DNA of 27,537 nt, from assembly GCA_043820925.1 (NCBI GenBank), contig JBDRDL010000024.1, forward strand, positions 1-27,537. The letters run 5' to 3'. This DNA is from Methanobacteriota archaeon. Its GTDB lineage: Archaea; Hydrothermarchaeota; Hydrothermarchaeia; Hydrothermarchaeales; JACRDW01. The translations under genes were made by a program, and so were the position numbers. The first letter of the stretch is position 1; each line of letters starts with the position of its first letter. Positions 8,115-16,874 of the stretch are shown here, piece by piece. Below the pieces are notes generated by a model, which was not told the origin of the DNA, searched no databases, and saw nothing but the letters and a program-made list of their open reading frames with translations.

Positions 8115-8218
8115 ATATATCTTCTTATTTTCCAGTGGAAATGTACCCTAATTATACTTGCGGGAGAGCGTAAAAAAAGTATTTCCTTACAATGCCTTCA
8201 TCTATAGTCAGCTATGCA

Positions 8219-8268
8219 CTCTTCCGTAAGGAAGATGGCATTCCTCACCAGCTTCCTATCGGAATCGC
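8219..8268 (-). repeat. Palindromic repeat family A, copy 1
   Basis: Minus strand GCGATTCCGATAGGAAGCTGGTGAGGAATGCCATCTTCCTTACGGAAGAG; 47/50 identical to 24148-24197. Confidence 0.92.
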
Positions 8269-9270
8269 CCCGTACCACGCTATCGTTTTTCTCAAGCCGT
8301 CGTCTAGGGAAACCTTCGGCTTCCATTTTAACAGCTTCCTTGCCTTGCTTATGTCCGGGCAGCGCCGCTTCGGGTCGTCCTTCGGCAGTGGTTGAAAAAC
8401 TATCTCAGAGGGGGAGTTGGTCAGTTTTTTAATCATCTTTGCCAGCTCCAGAATGCTCGTCTCTTTATCGCTGCCTATGTTTACTACTTCGCCCTCTGCC
8501 TCGTCGAGTGCTGCAAGCCTTAAAACGCCTTCAATTTGGTCTGTAACGTAAGCGAATGCCCTCGTCTGTGAACCGTCGCCGAAAACTGTTACTGGTTTAC
8601 TGCCCAGAGCCTGTGAAATGAACCTGGATATGACCCTGCCGTAAATATCGTCCGCCCTCAATCGCGGTCCATAAGTATTAAAAATGCGAACGACTCTTGT
8701 ATCCATGCCGTGCTGCAGTTCATAGGCCTTGACGAAGGCTTCACCAGCGCGCTTGGATTCGTCGTAGCAGGATCTGGGCCCGGTAGGGTTAACATTTCCG
8801 TTGTAGCTCTCAGGCGTCGGAATAAAGCGAGGGTCTGGGTCTCCATAAATTTCACTCGTGCTCGTGTACAGAAACCTTGCTCTGTGCTTTTTCGCAATTC
8901 CCAGAGCGACCCAGATTCCAAGCGTGTTTGCCTTCAAAATCTGTATGGGATACCTGGCAAATTCAAAGGGTGAAGCCCTGCTCGCAAGGTGCATAATTAA
9001 ATCAAACTTTTCATCAAACTCTATCGGCTTTGAAATGTCGTGCTCAACGAACTTAAAGTTTCGCAAGCGCCGCAGGTGCTGGATGTTCTTTACCAGACCG
9101 CTCGCAAGGTTGTCAAGGCAGGTTACACTTGCTCCCTGTTCCACCAGAACATCGCATATCCAGGAGCCGAGAAATCCAGCGCCGCCTGTAGCTAAAACAT
9201 TTTTGCCTTTAAAAGAAATTCCTTCTTTTTCTAAAGCAGAAGATATCTCATGAATTTTCAAGCCACTCAA
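8245..9270 (-). CDS. UDP-glucuronate decarboxylase (UDP-xylose synthase)-like extended SDR
   Basis: TGGAGFLGS, HLASRASP, STSEIYGDP, GNVNPTGPRSCYDESKR, RIFNTYGPR, DDPKRRCPDI. Confidence 0.88.
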   Translation of the reverse strand: MSGLKIHEISSALEKEGISFKGKNVLATGGAGFLGSWICDVLVEQGASVTCLDNLASGLVKNIQHLRRLRNFKFVEHDISKPIEFDEKFDLIMHLASRASPFEFARYPIQILKANTLGIWVALGIAKKHRARFLYTSTSEIYGDPDPRFIPTPESYNGNVNPTGPRSCYDESKRAGEAFVKAYELQHGMDTRVVRIFNTYGPRLRADDIYGRVISRFISQALGSKPVTVFGDGSQTRAFAYVTDQIEGVLRLAALDEAEGEVVNIGSDKETSILELAKMIKKLTNSPSEIVFQPLPKDDPKRRCPDISKARKLLKWKPKVSLDDGLRKTIAWYGAIPIGSW

Positions 9271-10121
9271 CTCTTTAATATCTCCCTTAAATACGTCCTC
9301 AGCTCCTTGCCGATCTCCTCGCTGCCCAGCGCAATCTCAATCGAGCTCTTCAGCCAGTCCAGCTTGTTACCAATGTCATAGCGCTTTCCCTTGAATTCAT
9401 ATGCATAAATTTCCTGTTTTTCTTTCAAAATCCTCAGAGCATCTGTAAGCTGGATTTCTCTGCCAACGCCGGGCTTTACTTTTTCCATGCATTCAAATAT
9501 CTCGGGAGTTAAAATATACCTGCCGATTATTCCTAAATCAGAGGGAGCCTTCTCAGGCTTCGGCTTCTCGACAAGGTCTTCAATTTTATAAACCTCGCCG
9601 GTCTTTTTTCCTTTGATTATTCCATGACTCGAGATTTTTTCTCTGCTCACTTTCTCAACCGCAATCACGCTGCTGCCGTACTTCTCGAATACGTCGATGA
9701 GCTGCTTTGTGCAAGGTACCTGAGCAATGGTTATTGTGTCGCCCAAAAGCACAGCAAAAGGCTCATCGCCAACGTACTGCCTTGCGCAGTAAACAGCATC
9801 TCCCAAGCCCAGCTGTTCCCTCTGGCGTATGAAGTGGATGCTCGCTAAATTTGAGATATCCTCCAGCTGCTTTAAATAATCACTCTTGCCTGCGCTGTTT
9901 AAAGCCATCTCCAGCTCAACCGCTCTGTCGAAGTGGTCCTCTATTGCCCTCTTGCCTCTTCCTGTTATAATTAAAATATCCTTTATACCTGAAGCTACCG
10001 CTTCCTCGACAACATACTGTATCGTGGGCTTGTCATAGACAGGTAGCATCTCTTTTGGCTGTGCCTTCGTTATTGGCAAAAACCTTGTTCCCAGACCAGC
10101 TGCAGGTATCACTGCCTTCAT
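9267..10121 (-). CDS. galU: UTP--glucose-1-phosphate uridylyltransferase
   Basis: MKAVIPAAGLGTRFLPITKAQPKEMLP, VEKP, EIQLTDA. Start moved to ATG 10121 because the extra upstream ORF runs through a repeat. Confidence 0.93.
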   Translation of the reverse strand: MKAVIPAAGLGTRFLPITKAQPKEMLPVYDKPTIQYVVEEAVASGIKDILIITGRGKRAIEDHFDRAVELEMALNSAGKSDYLKQLEDISNLASIHFIRQREQLGLGDAVYCARQYVGDEPFAVLLGDTITIAQVPCTKQLIDVFEKYGSSVIAVEKVSREKISSHGIIKGKKTGEVYKIEDLVEKPKPEKAPSDLGIIGRYILTPEIFECMEKVKPGVGREIQLTDALRILKEKQEIYAYEFKGKRYDIGNKLDWLKSSIEIALGSEEIGKELRTYLREILKS

Positions 10122-10125
10122 TTTC

Positions 10126-10164
10126 AATCCCTTCGTCGAAATTTCACTTCGTTCATTTCTCCTC
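10126..10164 (-). repeat. Palindromic repeat family B, copy 1
   Basis: Plus strand AATCCCTTCGTCGAAATTTCACTTCGTTCATTTCTCCTC; 36/39 identical to 20132-20170. Confidence 0.9.
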
Positions 10165-10281
10165 GGTCTTGACCGATATACCACTTGCCGAAGGCAAGTG
10201 TACATCTGAGTCTCGGCTTACGGGGTCTCGGCACGAGTCTCTCCACGTAGAAAATTTGCGAAGCAAATTTTCAGACGTGGA
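10163..10281. repeat. Intergenic hairpin array
   Basis: TCGGTC-TT-GACCGA; CACTTGCC-GAA-GGCAAGTG (10182-10200); TCCACGT-A-GAAAATTTGC-GAA-GCAAATTTTC-AG-ACGTGGA (10242-10281). Confidence 0.85.
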
Positions 10282-10297
10282 AAAGCAAAGTGCTGAG

Positions 10298-10633
10298 TCA
10301 TTTTCTCCCCCCGTATTTCTCGAATATGCAGAGGAATATTAAATCTTCGCTGCCCCTATTGAAAACTTTATGAAAGCACCCTTTTGGAATTAAAATCAAA
10401 TCATCTTTCTTAACATCCTGCTCCTTGCCATCAAGCTGAATTTTTCCTCTTCCTTTCAAGAAAAAGTAAACTTCCTCTGTTTCGCTGTGGGCATGACCCG
10501 TGGTTTCTTTATCTGAATGCAGTACAGTCATTGAAGCTACAAGCTGCTCCATGCCCAGGTCATAAACCTCGTATCTCTCGTCGCTCTTCACCAACTTCGC
10601 TCTCTTTGCAAACTCGTTAATCGGAATCTTCAT
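10298..10633 (-). CDS. Cupin-domain protein
   Basis: GHAHSETEEVYFFLKGRG and IPKGCFHKVFN cupin motifs. Confidence 0.88.
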   Translation of the reverse strand: MKIPINEFAKRAKLVKSDERYEVYDLGMEQLVASMTVLHSDKETTGHAHSETEEVYFFLKGRGKIQLDGKEQDVKKDDLILIPKGCFHKVFNRGSEDLIFLCIFEKYGGRK

Positions 10634-10727
10634 AGGCTCACCAGCACCAACCTTCAGAAAGGTTGACTATCATTTCTTTTTTTCCCGAGGGTTTTTGCGA
10701 TAGCAAAAAGGCTCACCAGCACAAACC
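10634..10727. repeat. 19-bp direct repeat (ugd 3' end) flanking a hairpin-rich insert
   Basis: AGGCTCACCAGCAC(C/A)AACC at 10634-10652 and 10709-10727, 18/19 identical. Confidence 0.85.
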
Positions 10728-11999
10728 CTCGTATTCATCTGCCGCTCTTGCCTCTTCTATCCTGCGCCCGTCTATAACAACCTTGCCTTTGTATAACTCT
10801 TTTCTTCTAAACTCATCCCACTCTGTGACGATGAGCACGTACCTTGCACGCTTCACCGCTTCATCTGCGGAATCGTAGTATAGCAGCTTTTCGTGCTTTC
10901 CAAAGATTTTTTTTGCTTCATTTATTGCCTTTGGGTCAGTTGCATGAACTCTTGCCCCTTTTTTCAGCAAGGCATGGATTATCTTTATGGAGGGGGCTTC
11001 TCTCATGTCGTCAGTGCCAGGCTTGAAAGCTAATCCCAAAACTGCTATGTCCGTTCCGCTAAGAGAGCCTGCTTTCTTTTCAAGGAGCTCAGCTGACCTC
11101 AGGGGCTGTGCCTCGTTCACCTCGAGAGCTGCACTCAGGATTATCGGTCTGTAATAAACTTCCTTCGCCTTCCCAACGAGAGCCTTTACGTCTTTTGAGA
11201 AGCAGCTCCCTCCGAAGCCCACGCCAGCATTCAAAAATTTCTCTCCAATCCTCGAATCCATTCCCAAGCCCCTTGCGACTTCGTATACGTCTATTCCGAG
11301 AAGCTTGCAGATGTTGCCTATCTCGTTTATGAAGCTGATTTTCGTGACCAGAAAAGAGTTCGTTGCATATTTTATCATCTCAGCAGTCTTTGGATTCGTG
11401 GTTATAACAGGGCATTTAAAATCCTTGTACAATTCGAGGAGAATTTTTGTTGACTTCTCATCTATGCTGCCAATTACGATTCTCTCGGGACACATGAAGT
11501 CCTCGACTGCATTTCCTTCTCTCAGAAACTCCGGATTCATCGCAACTCCAAAGCCGCTGCCTGCTCTTTTTTCTGAATTTTTCTCCAGCAGGGGGAGGAC
11601 AGAATACTCTGTAGTTCCTGGAAGAACTGTGCTTTTAACAACGACCACGTGATAGCTGTTTTTGTTCTTTAGAATCTTTCCTATATCGCCGCTCACTTTT
11701 TCCACGTATTTCAAATCAATATAGTCCAGCACTCCTGATGGAGTGCCGACGCTGATAAAGGAAATGTCAGCAGCATTAACCGCTTCCTCCAGGTCTGCTG
11801 TGGCTCTCAGCCTCCCCTCCCTTACATTTCGCTTGAGCATAGGCTCTAAATTTTTTTCATAGATCGGAGACATGCCGCTGTTTATTTTGCTTACCCTATT
11901 CCTGTCTATGTCCACGCACACAACTTCGTTACCCAATTCAGCGAAGCAAGCGCCGGTAACCAAACCAACGTATCCGGTGCCTATTATCGAAAGGTTCAT
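10713..11999 (-). CDS. ugd: UDP-glucose/GDP-mannose 6-dehydrogenase family protein
   Basis: GTGYVG, ISVGTP, VKSTV, NPEFLREG, GFGGSCFSKD, LAFKPGTDDMREAP. Confidence 0.93.
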   Translation of the reverse strand: MNLSIIGTGYVGLVTGACFAELGNEVVCVDIDRNRVSKINSGMSPIYEKNLEPMLKRNVREGRLRATADLEEAVNAADISFISVGTPSGVLDYIDLKYVEKVSGDIGKILKNKNSYHVVVVKSTVLPGTTEYSVLPLLEKNSEKRAGSGFGVAMNPEFLREGNAVEDFMCPERIVIGSIDEKSTKILLELYKDFKCPVITTNPKTAEMIKYATNSFLVTKISFINEIGNICKLLGIDVYEVARGLGMDSRIGEKFLNAGVGFGGSCFSKDVKALVGKAKEVYYRPIILSAALEVNEAQPLRSAELLEKKAGSLSGTDIAVLGLAFKPGTDDMREAPSIKIIHALLKKGARVHATDPKAINEAKKIFGKHEKLLYYDSADEAVKRARYVLIVTEWDEFRRKELYKGKVVIDGRRIEEARAADEYEGLCW

Positions 12000-12023
12000 A
12001 AAATTTAAATCTACCTCTTGCTT

Positions 12024-12590
12024 TTAAAGCTTTTTGCAATGCAAATGTTCCTTGTATTCTCTCCCGCTTATCTTAGCTTTCTTAAACTCCCTGAGCACCT
12101 CTTCCTTAGATTTTTTTTCTCTCGCTATATCTCTGATTGTCTCCTGAACTTCCCAGGGGAATATTACCCAAGCGCTTGTCTCTCTGGCAAATATGTCAGG
12201 AGTAAACTTCGAGGAAGGCTTCTTCACCAACGTAACGACGAATATCCTGCCTGCATTTCTCTCCTTTAAATGCTTAATCGAGGCTATCAAGCTTTCTCCG
12301 GTGTCTGCGATGTCATCGACAAGCAGAATATTTTTTCCTGTTACGCCAAACTGGGTAGGGTGGAGTATCAAAGGCTTCTCAGCAGTTTTTCCAACTGATT
12401 TGTAAAATTTCACCCGAATTGTGTAAATCTCGTCGTTATCCAGAAGGTCAGACAATATTCTCGCAGGCACCCAGCCGCCCCTGGCTAACCCAACTATTAT
12501 GTCAAATTCTACCTTTCTTCTTCTAATCTCCTCGGCAAGGTATTTGCACTCTTCTTCTATGTCTTTCCAGGACAAGCGAAGGTATTTCAT
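12024..12590 (-). CDS. Type I (purine-type) phosphoribosyltransferase
   Basis: GLARGG, ILLVDDIADTGES PRPP-binding loop, WVIFPWE. Confidence 0.9.
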   Translation of the reverse strand: MKYLRLSWKDIEEECKYLAEEIRRRKVEFDIIVGLARGGWVPARILSDLLDNDEIYTIRVKFYKSVGKTAEKPLILHPTQFGVTGKNILLVDDIADTGESLIASIKHLKERNAGRIFVVTLVKKPSSKFTPDIFARETSAWVIFPWEVQETIRDIAREKKSKEEVLREFKKAKISGREYKEHLHCKKL

Positions 12591-12599
12591 TTGCTGCCT

Positions 12600-13436
12600 C
12601 TACGCTATAATGCTAACAGCCTTGTTCTTTACCGCATCCACAGGGGCGTATTTAATAAGCCTGGTCAGGGTATTGCCGGGATGCACCTGAATAACTTCGT
12701 TCTTGTAGCTGTTCAGCACTATTTCAATAATTTTGCCGACTATTATTTTATCCTTCGTGTCAATGCTGTCCGCAGCCTGCACGAGTATCATCCCTTTCAT
12801 TACCTCCAAGCTGTGCAGCCTCGGGTCTATTGCTTTAGACTCGAGCAGAAATTTCTCGAGTTCACCGCCGCTTTTTTGCTGAGTTTCTACTTTACCTGTG
12901 AGATTTGTAAATGTAACCTCCCATCCTGACGTATCTGAGAAGCTATCTGCCCTAAGCAAGTCCGCAAATTCCTCGCCAGAAAAATACGTTGATATGAAAA
13001 TGCCCCTGTACTCAGGGCTCCTGTAATCAACGCCTCCAATGCTGCTTGCAGCATCTCCGAAAACAGACGTAGGAATAACAACGATTCTGTTTATTTTTAC
13101 ATTCTTTGTTGTATTCTTGTCTATGTCGAATATCCCTGAAACTTCTTTGCCGGCTATCAGCTCTGCTCCTGACTTTATTGAATTAGCGAAGAGCGTTTTT
13201 ATAGGCGCACCGCCGGTCTTTTCGTTAGGGTCTATGAAAAACGTTTCAGCCCCGCTGCCGAGCAGAAAGCCAAACCCGAGCTCGACCTCATTTTTATTCG
13301 TTTCGTCCGTGATTAGAATCAGAACATTCTCGCTCCGCATTTTCTCAAAATCGCCCTTGGCAGAAATCACGGTGCTTGCGGCATAGCCAATACCTGCCAG
13401 AAAAACGATTAAAAGTACCAGCAAAAATTTGCCCAT
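12600..13436 (-). CDS. Membrane-anchored protein, possibly a divergent LytR-CpsA-Psr (LCP) fold
   Basis: One N-terminal TM after MGK; ENVLILITD and RIVVIPTSVFGDAASSIGGVDY resemble LCP segments. Start set at ATG 13436, just downstream of a TATA box. Confidence 0.6.
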   Translation of the reverse strand: MGKFLLVLLIVFLAGIGYAASTVISAKGDFEKMRSENVLILITDETNKNEVELGFGFLLGSGAETFFIDPNEKTGGAPIKTLFANSIKSGAELIAGKEVSGIFDIDKNTTKNVKINRIVVIPTSVFGDAASSIGGVDYRSPEYRGIFISTYFSGEEFADLLRADSFSDTSGWEVTFTNLTGKVETQQKSGGELEKFLLESKAIDPRLHSLEVMKGMILVQAADSIDTKDKIIVGKIIEIVLNSYKNEVIQVHPGNTLTRLIKYAPVDAVKNKAVSIIA

Positions 13437-13460
13437 GTTTCTGGAATTTCTACGTTCGGG

Positions 13461-13490
13461 ATATAAATCTTTTTGGGAAAGGTTTATTTT
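13461..13490. promoter_or_regulatory. Back-to-back divergent BRE/TATA promoters
   Basis: Minus AAAAGATTTATAT and plus GAAAGGTTTATTT, each about 25 bp from its ATG (13436 and 13512). Confidence 0.6.
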
Positions 13491-13511
13491 CCTCATGGGC
13501 AATTATCCTGC

Positions 13512-14807
13512 ATGAAGCCTTTAATAGTAGCGAGTACAAGACCAGAGCTGATTAAGCTCTCGCCTGTCATGCGTGAGTTCGACAGGAGAGGCATAAAATA
13601 TGTTTTCGCTACTACCGGACAGCACTATGACAAGCTGCTCTTCAAAACTTTCATCAATGAGCTCGAGCTGAGGGAGCCGGACTACGACATAAAAGTCGGC
13701 TCGGGCAGCCAGGCTTATCAGACCTCTCTTGCAATGGTCGAGCTGGAAAAAATTATGGAAAGAGAAAAGCCGAGCGTAGTTATTGCAGAAGGCGACACCA
13801 ACAGCGTGCTCAGCACAACTTTGGCTGCTGTGAAGCTGCACATGCCTGCGGCGCACGTAGAAGCTGGACTTCGCAGTTATGACAGAAACATGCCTGAAGA
13901 AATTAACCGCATAGTAGCTGACCACTGCTCTGAAGTGCTTTTTGCGCCCACTGAAAAAGCTGCGCTGAACTTAATAAACGAGGGAATTCAGTCGAAAAAA
14001 ATACACATTGTTGGAAATACTATAGTGGATGCAACGCTACAGAATCTCGCTATTGCCAGGAGAGAATCCCGCATCCTCGAAAAATTTCCAAATGAGTATC
14101 TAATTCTCACGCTGCACAGAGCAGAAAATGTGGACAGCTATAAAACGCTGAAAGGAATCGTAAATGCTCTGACTAAAATAAAAGAAAACATAATTTTTCC
14201 TGCGCATCCGAGAACTAAGAAAATGCTGCAAAAGTTCAAGCTGTTCGACATGCTGAAAAAAAAGAAAAATTTGTTTTTAATTCAGCCCCTCGGTTACTTA
14301 GATTTCGTCCTTCTTCTCGGCAGGGCAAAGGCTGTTCTAACAGATTCGGGGGGCATACAGGAAGAGGCAGTAATTCTAAAGGTGCCCTGCATCACCTTGC
14401 GCAATACCACGGAAAGACCTGAAACAGTAGAAGTCGGAGGAAATATAATTGCAGGAATCGATGGCAGCAAAATACTTGAAAAGGTCAATCTCGTTCTAAA
14501 TGACAGAGAGCTCTACAAAAAAATGAGGAGAGCAAAAAATCCATTTGGTGACGGTAGGACTGGAAAGCGCATCGTGAAAATTTTGCTGGAGAAGCATGAG
14601 AAAGGAGAACTCAAAATTTCTTCTCCAGATTTCACGCAGAGTTTCTGGAGGAGAGAGTTTATCGCTGTTGACTCAAAATTAGACAGCAAAAAAATCAAAA
14701 ATTTGAACTTCGATGTTCTAAAGATAATTGAGAATGGAAAAGAAAAATATCCATACGAAGATGCAAAATTAAAGAGAGGGCAGGTTATAGAGATTTTGAG
14801 ACGCTAG
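13512..14807 (+). CDS. wecB: UDP-N-acetylglucosamine 2-epimerase (non-hydrolysing) with C-terminal extension
   Basis: TRPELIK, TGQHY, GDTNS, HVEAGLRS, PEEINR, DSGGIQEEA, NPFGDG. Start set at ATG 13512. Confidence 0.93.
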   Translation: MKPLIVASTRPELIKLSPVMREFDRRGIKYVFATTGQHYDKLLFKTFINELELREPDYDIKVGSGSQAYQTSLAMVELEKIMEREKPSVVIAEGDTNSVLSTTLAAVKLHMPAAHVEAGLRSYDRNMPEEINRIVADHCSEVLFAPTEKAALNLINEGIQSKKIHIVGNTIVDATLQNLAIARRESRILEKFPNEYLILTLHRAENVDSYKTLKGIVNALTKIKENIIFPAHPRTKKMLQKFKLFDMLKKKKNLFLIQPLGYLDFVLLLGRAKAVLTDSGGIQEEAVILKVPCITLRNTTERPETVEVGGNIIAGIDGSKILEKVNLVLNDRELYKKMRRAKNPFGDGRTGKRIVKILLEKHEKGELKISSPDFTQSFWRREFIAVDSKLDSKKIKNLNFDVLKIIENGKEKYPYEDAKLKRGQVIEILRR

Positions 14808-14812
14808 ACTTG

Positions 14813-16000
14813 CTAGCGCAAATCCAAAAATCTCTGCATCGCACCAAGCATTCGCTCGTTCTTGAGAAGCTCTTTGACGAAATGCGAGGGTCTGTCGGTA
14901 TCCTGGTATTTTATCATCAGCTCGCTTATGTTCTCCTGTATTGCTATATCGAAGAGCTCCTCAAGCTGCGCATCGCTCAGGGAATCCAACATGTTGCGAA
15001 GGGCGGCATGGATTTCTAACTCAAAGCCTATCTCTCTCTTCCACCCGTCTTCATAGTTTTCCTTCAGAAATTCTTTTGAGAAGCTCTCTTCTTCAAGAGC
15101 CTTAACGCAGGCCTTGCCGGCAATTCTCGCAGCGATGCCGCCTGTTATAACTCCCCCTCCTGTGCTCGCCTTTGTCTGCCCGGCAGCGTCGCCCACGATT
15201 AGAGTTCGCTCCGCAACCGTATCTCTGGCAACCTCGACAGAAAAGCTGCCCATGTTAAACTCCAGAATGCTCTTGCTCTTGATTTTCTTGCTCGCAACCG
15301 GGTGCTGCTCCATGAATCTCCGCAGATACTCCCTAACCCCTGCCCTGGGCTCCCTAACTCCTACGCCTACCTCGTACACATTTTCCTTCGGAAGAATCCA
15401 GGCATAAAAATTTGGAGCATATTCTCGACCAAGATAGACTTCTGCTATGTCCTTCTCCATTTCGATGCTATCTACTTCCACCTGTGCAGCCGCAACAATT
15501 TTCTTTGGTATCTTTAATCCAGCCCATCTTGCAACATTGCTCCTGATTCCGTCCGCTCCTATTATCAGCTCTGAACTCAATTCGCCGCTACCGTCAATAC
15601 CATCGGTCTTGACTAAAACCCCGCCGTTTATTTTTACTGCAGTAACCTTTGTTTTTAGCTTGAACTCGGCTCCTGCCCTCGCTGCTTCTTTCGCAAGGAA
15701 TTTGTCGAACAGCTTTTTCTCCACAACTCTGGCTCTCTCTACGTTAGAATAAGCAAGCAGCTCTTTTCCGCTCGGGGAATAAAATCTCCCTCCTTTTATC
15801 GTGCTTGAGATTACGCTTTCGTCGAGCTTTAAATCAAGAGCAGCAAGCCCGGAAACGCTGTATAAGCCAGAGCACTTGACGGGATAGCCGATTTCCGGGT
15901 GCTCCTCCACAACGCATACTTTGCAGCCTTTCCTTGCTATTTCCTTGGCTGCGATTAAACCTGCGGGTCCACCGCCAGCGATAACGACATCGTAATCCAT
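14813..16000 (-). CDS. Geranylgeranyl reductase family flavoprotein
   Basis: GGGPAG, PVKCSG, GADG, YAWILP, GDAAG...GGG. Confidence 0.88.
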   Translation of the reverse strand: MDYDVVIAGGGPAGLIAAKEIARKGCKVCVVEEHPEIGYPVKCSGLYSVSGLAALDLKLDESVISSTIKGGRFYSPSGKELLAYSNVERARVVEKKLFDKFLAKEAARAGAEFKLKTKVTAVKINGGVLVKTDGIDGSGELSSELIIGADGIRSNVARWAGLKIPKKIVAAAQVEVDSIEMEKDIAEVYLGREYAPNFYAWILPKENVYEVGVGVREPRAGVREYLRRFMEQHPVASKKIKSKSILEFNMGSFSVEVARDTVAERTLIVGDAAGQTKASTGGGVITGGIAARIAGKACVKALEEESFSKEFLKENYEDGWKREIGFELEIHAALRNMLDSLSDAQLEELFDIAIQENISELMIKYQDTDRPSHFVKELLKNERMLGAMQRFLDLR

Positions 16001-16050
16001 AAACACAATTCAGCAACAATTATATTTAGTTTTTGATAAGATAATGACGC

Positions 16051-16575
16051 ATGAACGAGTTAATGGCTATTCAAATGCAAATCGTGGACATGCTCAATCC
16101 TAATACTCCCTCTCTTTTGGATTATGTCTTTATTTCTATCTCGCTCCTCGGCGAATGGAAATTCCTGGCTGTGGCAAGTTTCATAGTACTTCTGAAAGAC
16201 AGAAGCCTTGGAAAAAAAATGCTGCTGGTTTTTGTTATTACCCTCATATTTCTGTTCCCGATAAAAGCGCTGATAGACGAGCCAAGACCTTATGTTGCCT
16301 ACAAAAACATACGAGAGGTAGGGTGGCACGACGAAAGTAGCTCTTTCCCGAGCGGTCATGCCGCATTTGCCTTTGCATATTTCGTTATCCTCTCGAAAAC
16401 GTTCGGCAGGAAAAAAACTTTTCTTGGAGCTGCACTGCTAATCGCATTTACAAGGCTGTACCTGGGGCAGCACTATCCTCTCGATATCGTTGCCGGCGCT
16501 GGTTTGGGACTGCTTGCAGGATACCTGACAAATTTTATATACTCTAAAATAGAGTTGAGCTCATGGAAGCATTAG
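16051..16575 (+). CDS. PAP2-family membrane phosphatase
   Basis: Kx6RP (KALIDEPRP), SFPSGH, TRLYLGQHYPLD. Confidence 0.92.
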   Translation: MNELMAIQMQIVDMLNPNTPSLLDYVFISISLLGEWKFLAVASFIVLLKDRSLGKKMLLVFVITLIFLFPIKALIDEPRPYVAYKNIREVGWHDESSSFPSGHAAFAFAYFVILSKTFGRKKTFLGAALLIAFTRLYLGQHYPLDIVAGAGLGLLAGYLTNFIYSKIELSSWKH

Positions 16576-16874
16576 AGGTGCTCAGACTCTTTTTCGGATT
16601 AGCGCTGGTGCTTTTTATTCCGGGATTTGCCCTAACGCTTGCACTCTGGCCGAAAACCAAGAAAGAAAACACCATAGACAGCATCGAGCGAATTGCTCTG
16701 AGCTTTGGGCTGAGCATCGCTATCGTTCCTCTGATAGGCATAATCCTCGACAAGACCCCCTATGGCATACGCCTTACAAGCATAGCTGCGTCGCTAATTT
16801 TAGTTACAGCGCTGTTTTTCGGAATATATTTTTACAGGAGAAGAAAATGGAATGCAAGCAAGTCATTGTCGTGA
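16563..16874 (+). CDS. DUF1616-like membrane protein
   Basis: FIPGFALTLALWP...ERIALSFGLSIAI, three TM segments. Confidence 0.8.
   Translation: MEALEVLRLFFGLALVLFIPGFALTLALWPKTKKENTIDSIERIALSFGLSIAIVPLIGIILDKTPYGIRLTSIAASLILVTALFFGIYFYRRRKWNASKSLS

Noticed and set aside
6421..8218. Direct repeats bounding the radical SAM/nuclease block
   Set aside because: Compared both flanks by eye and found none, so it is not counted among the repeat-bounded islets.
10122..10205. 28-aa N-terminal extension of GalU in the ORF track
   Set aside because: It runs through family B and hairpins, and the conserved GalU start MKAVIPAAG is at 10121.
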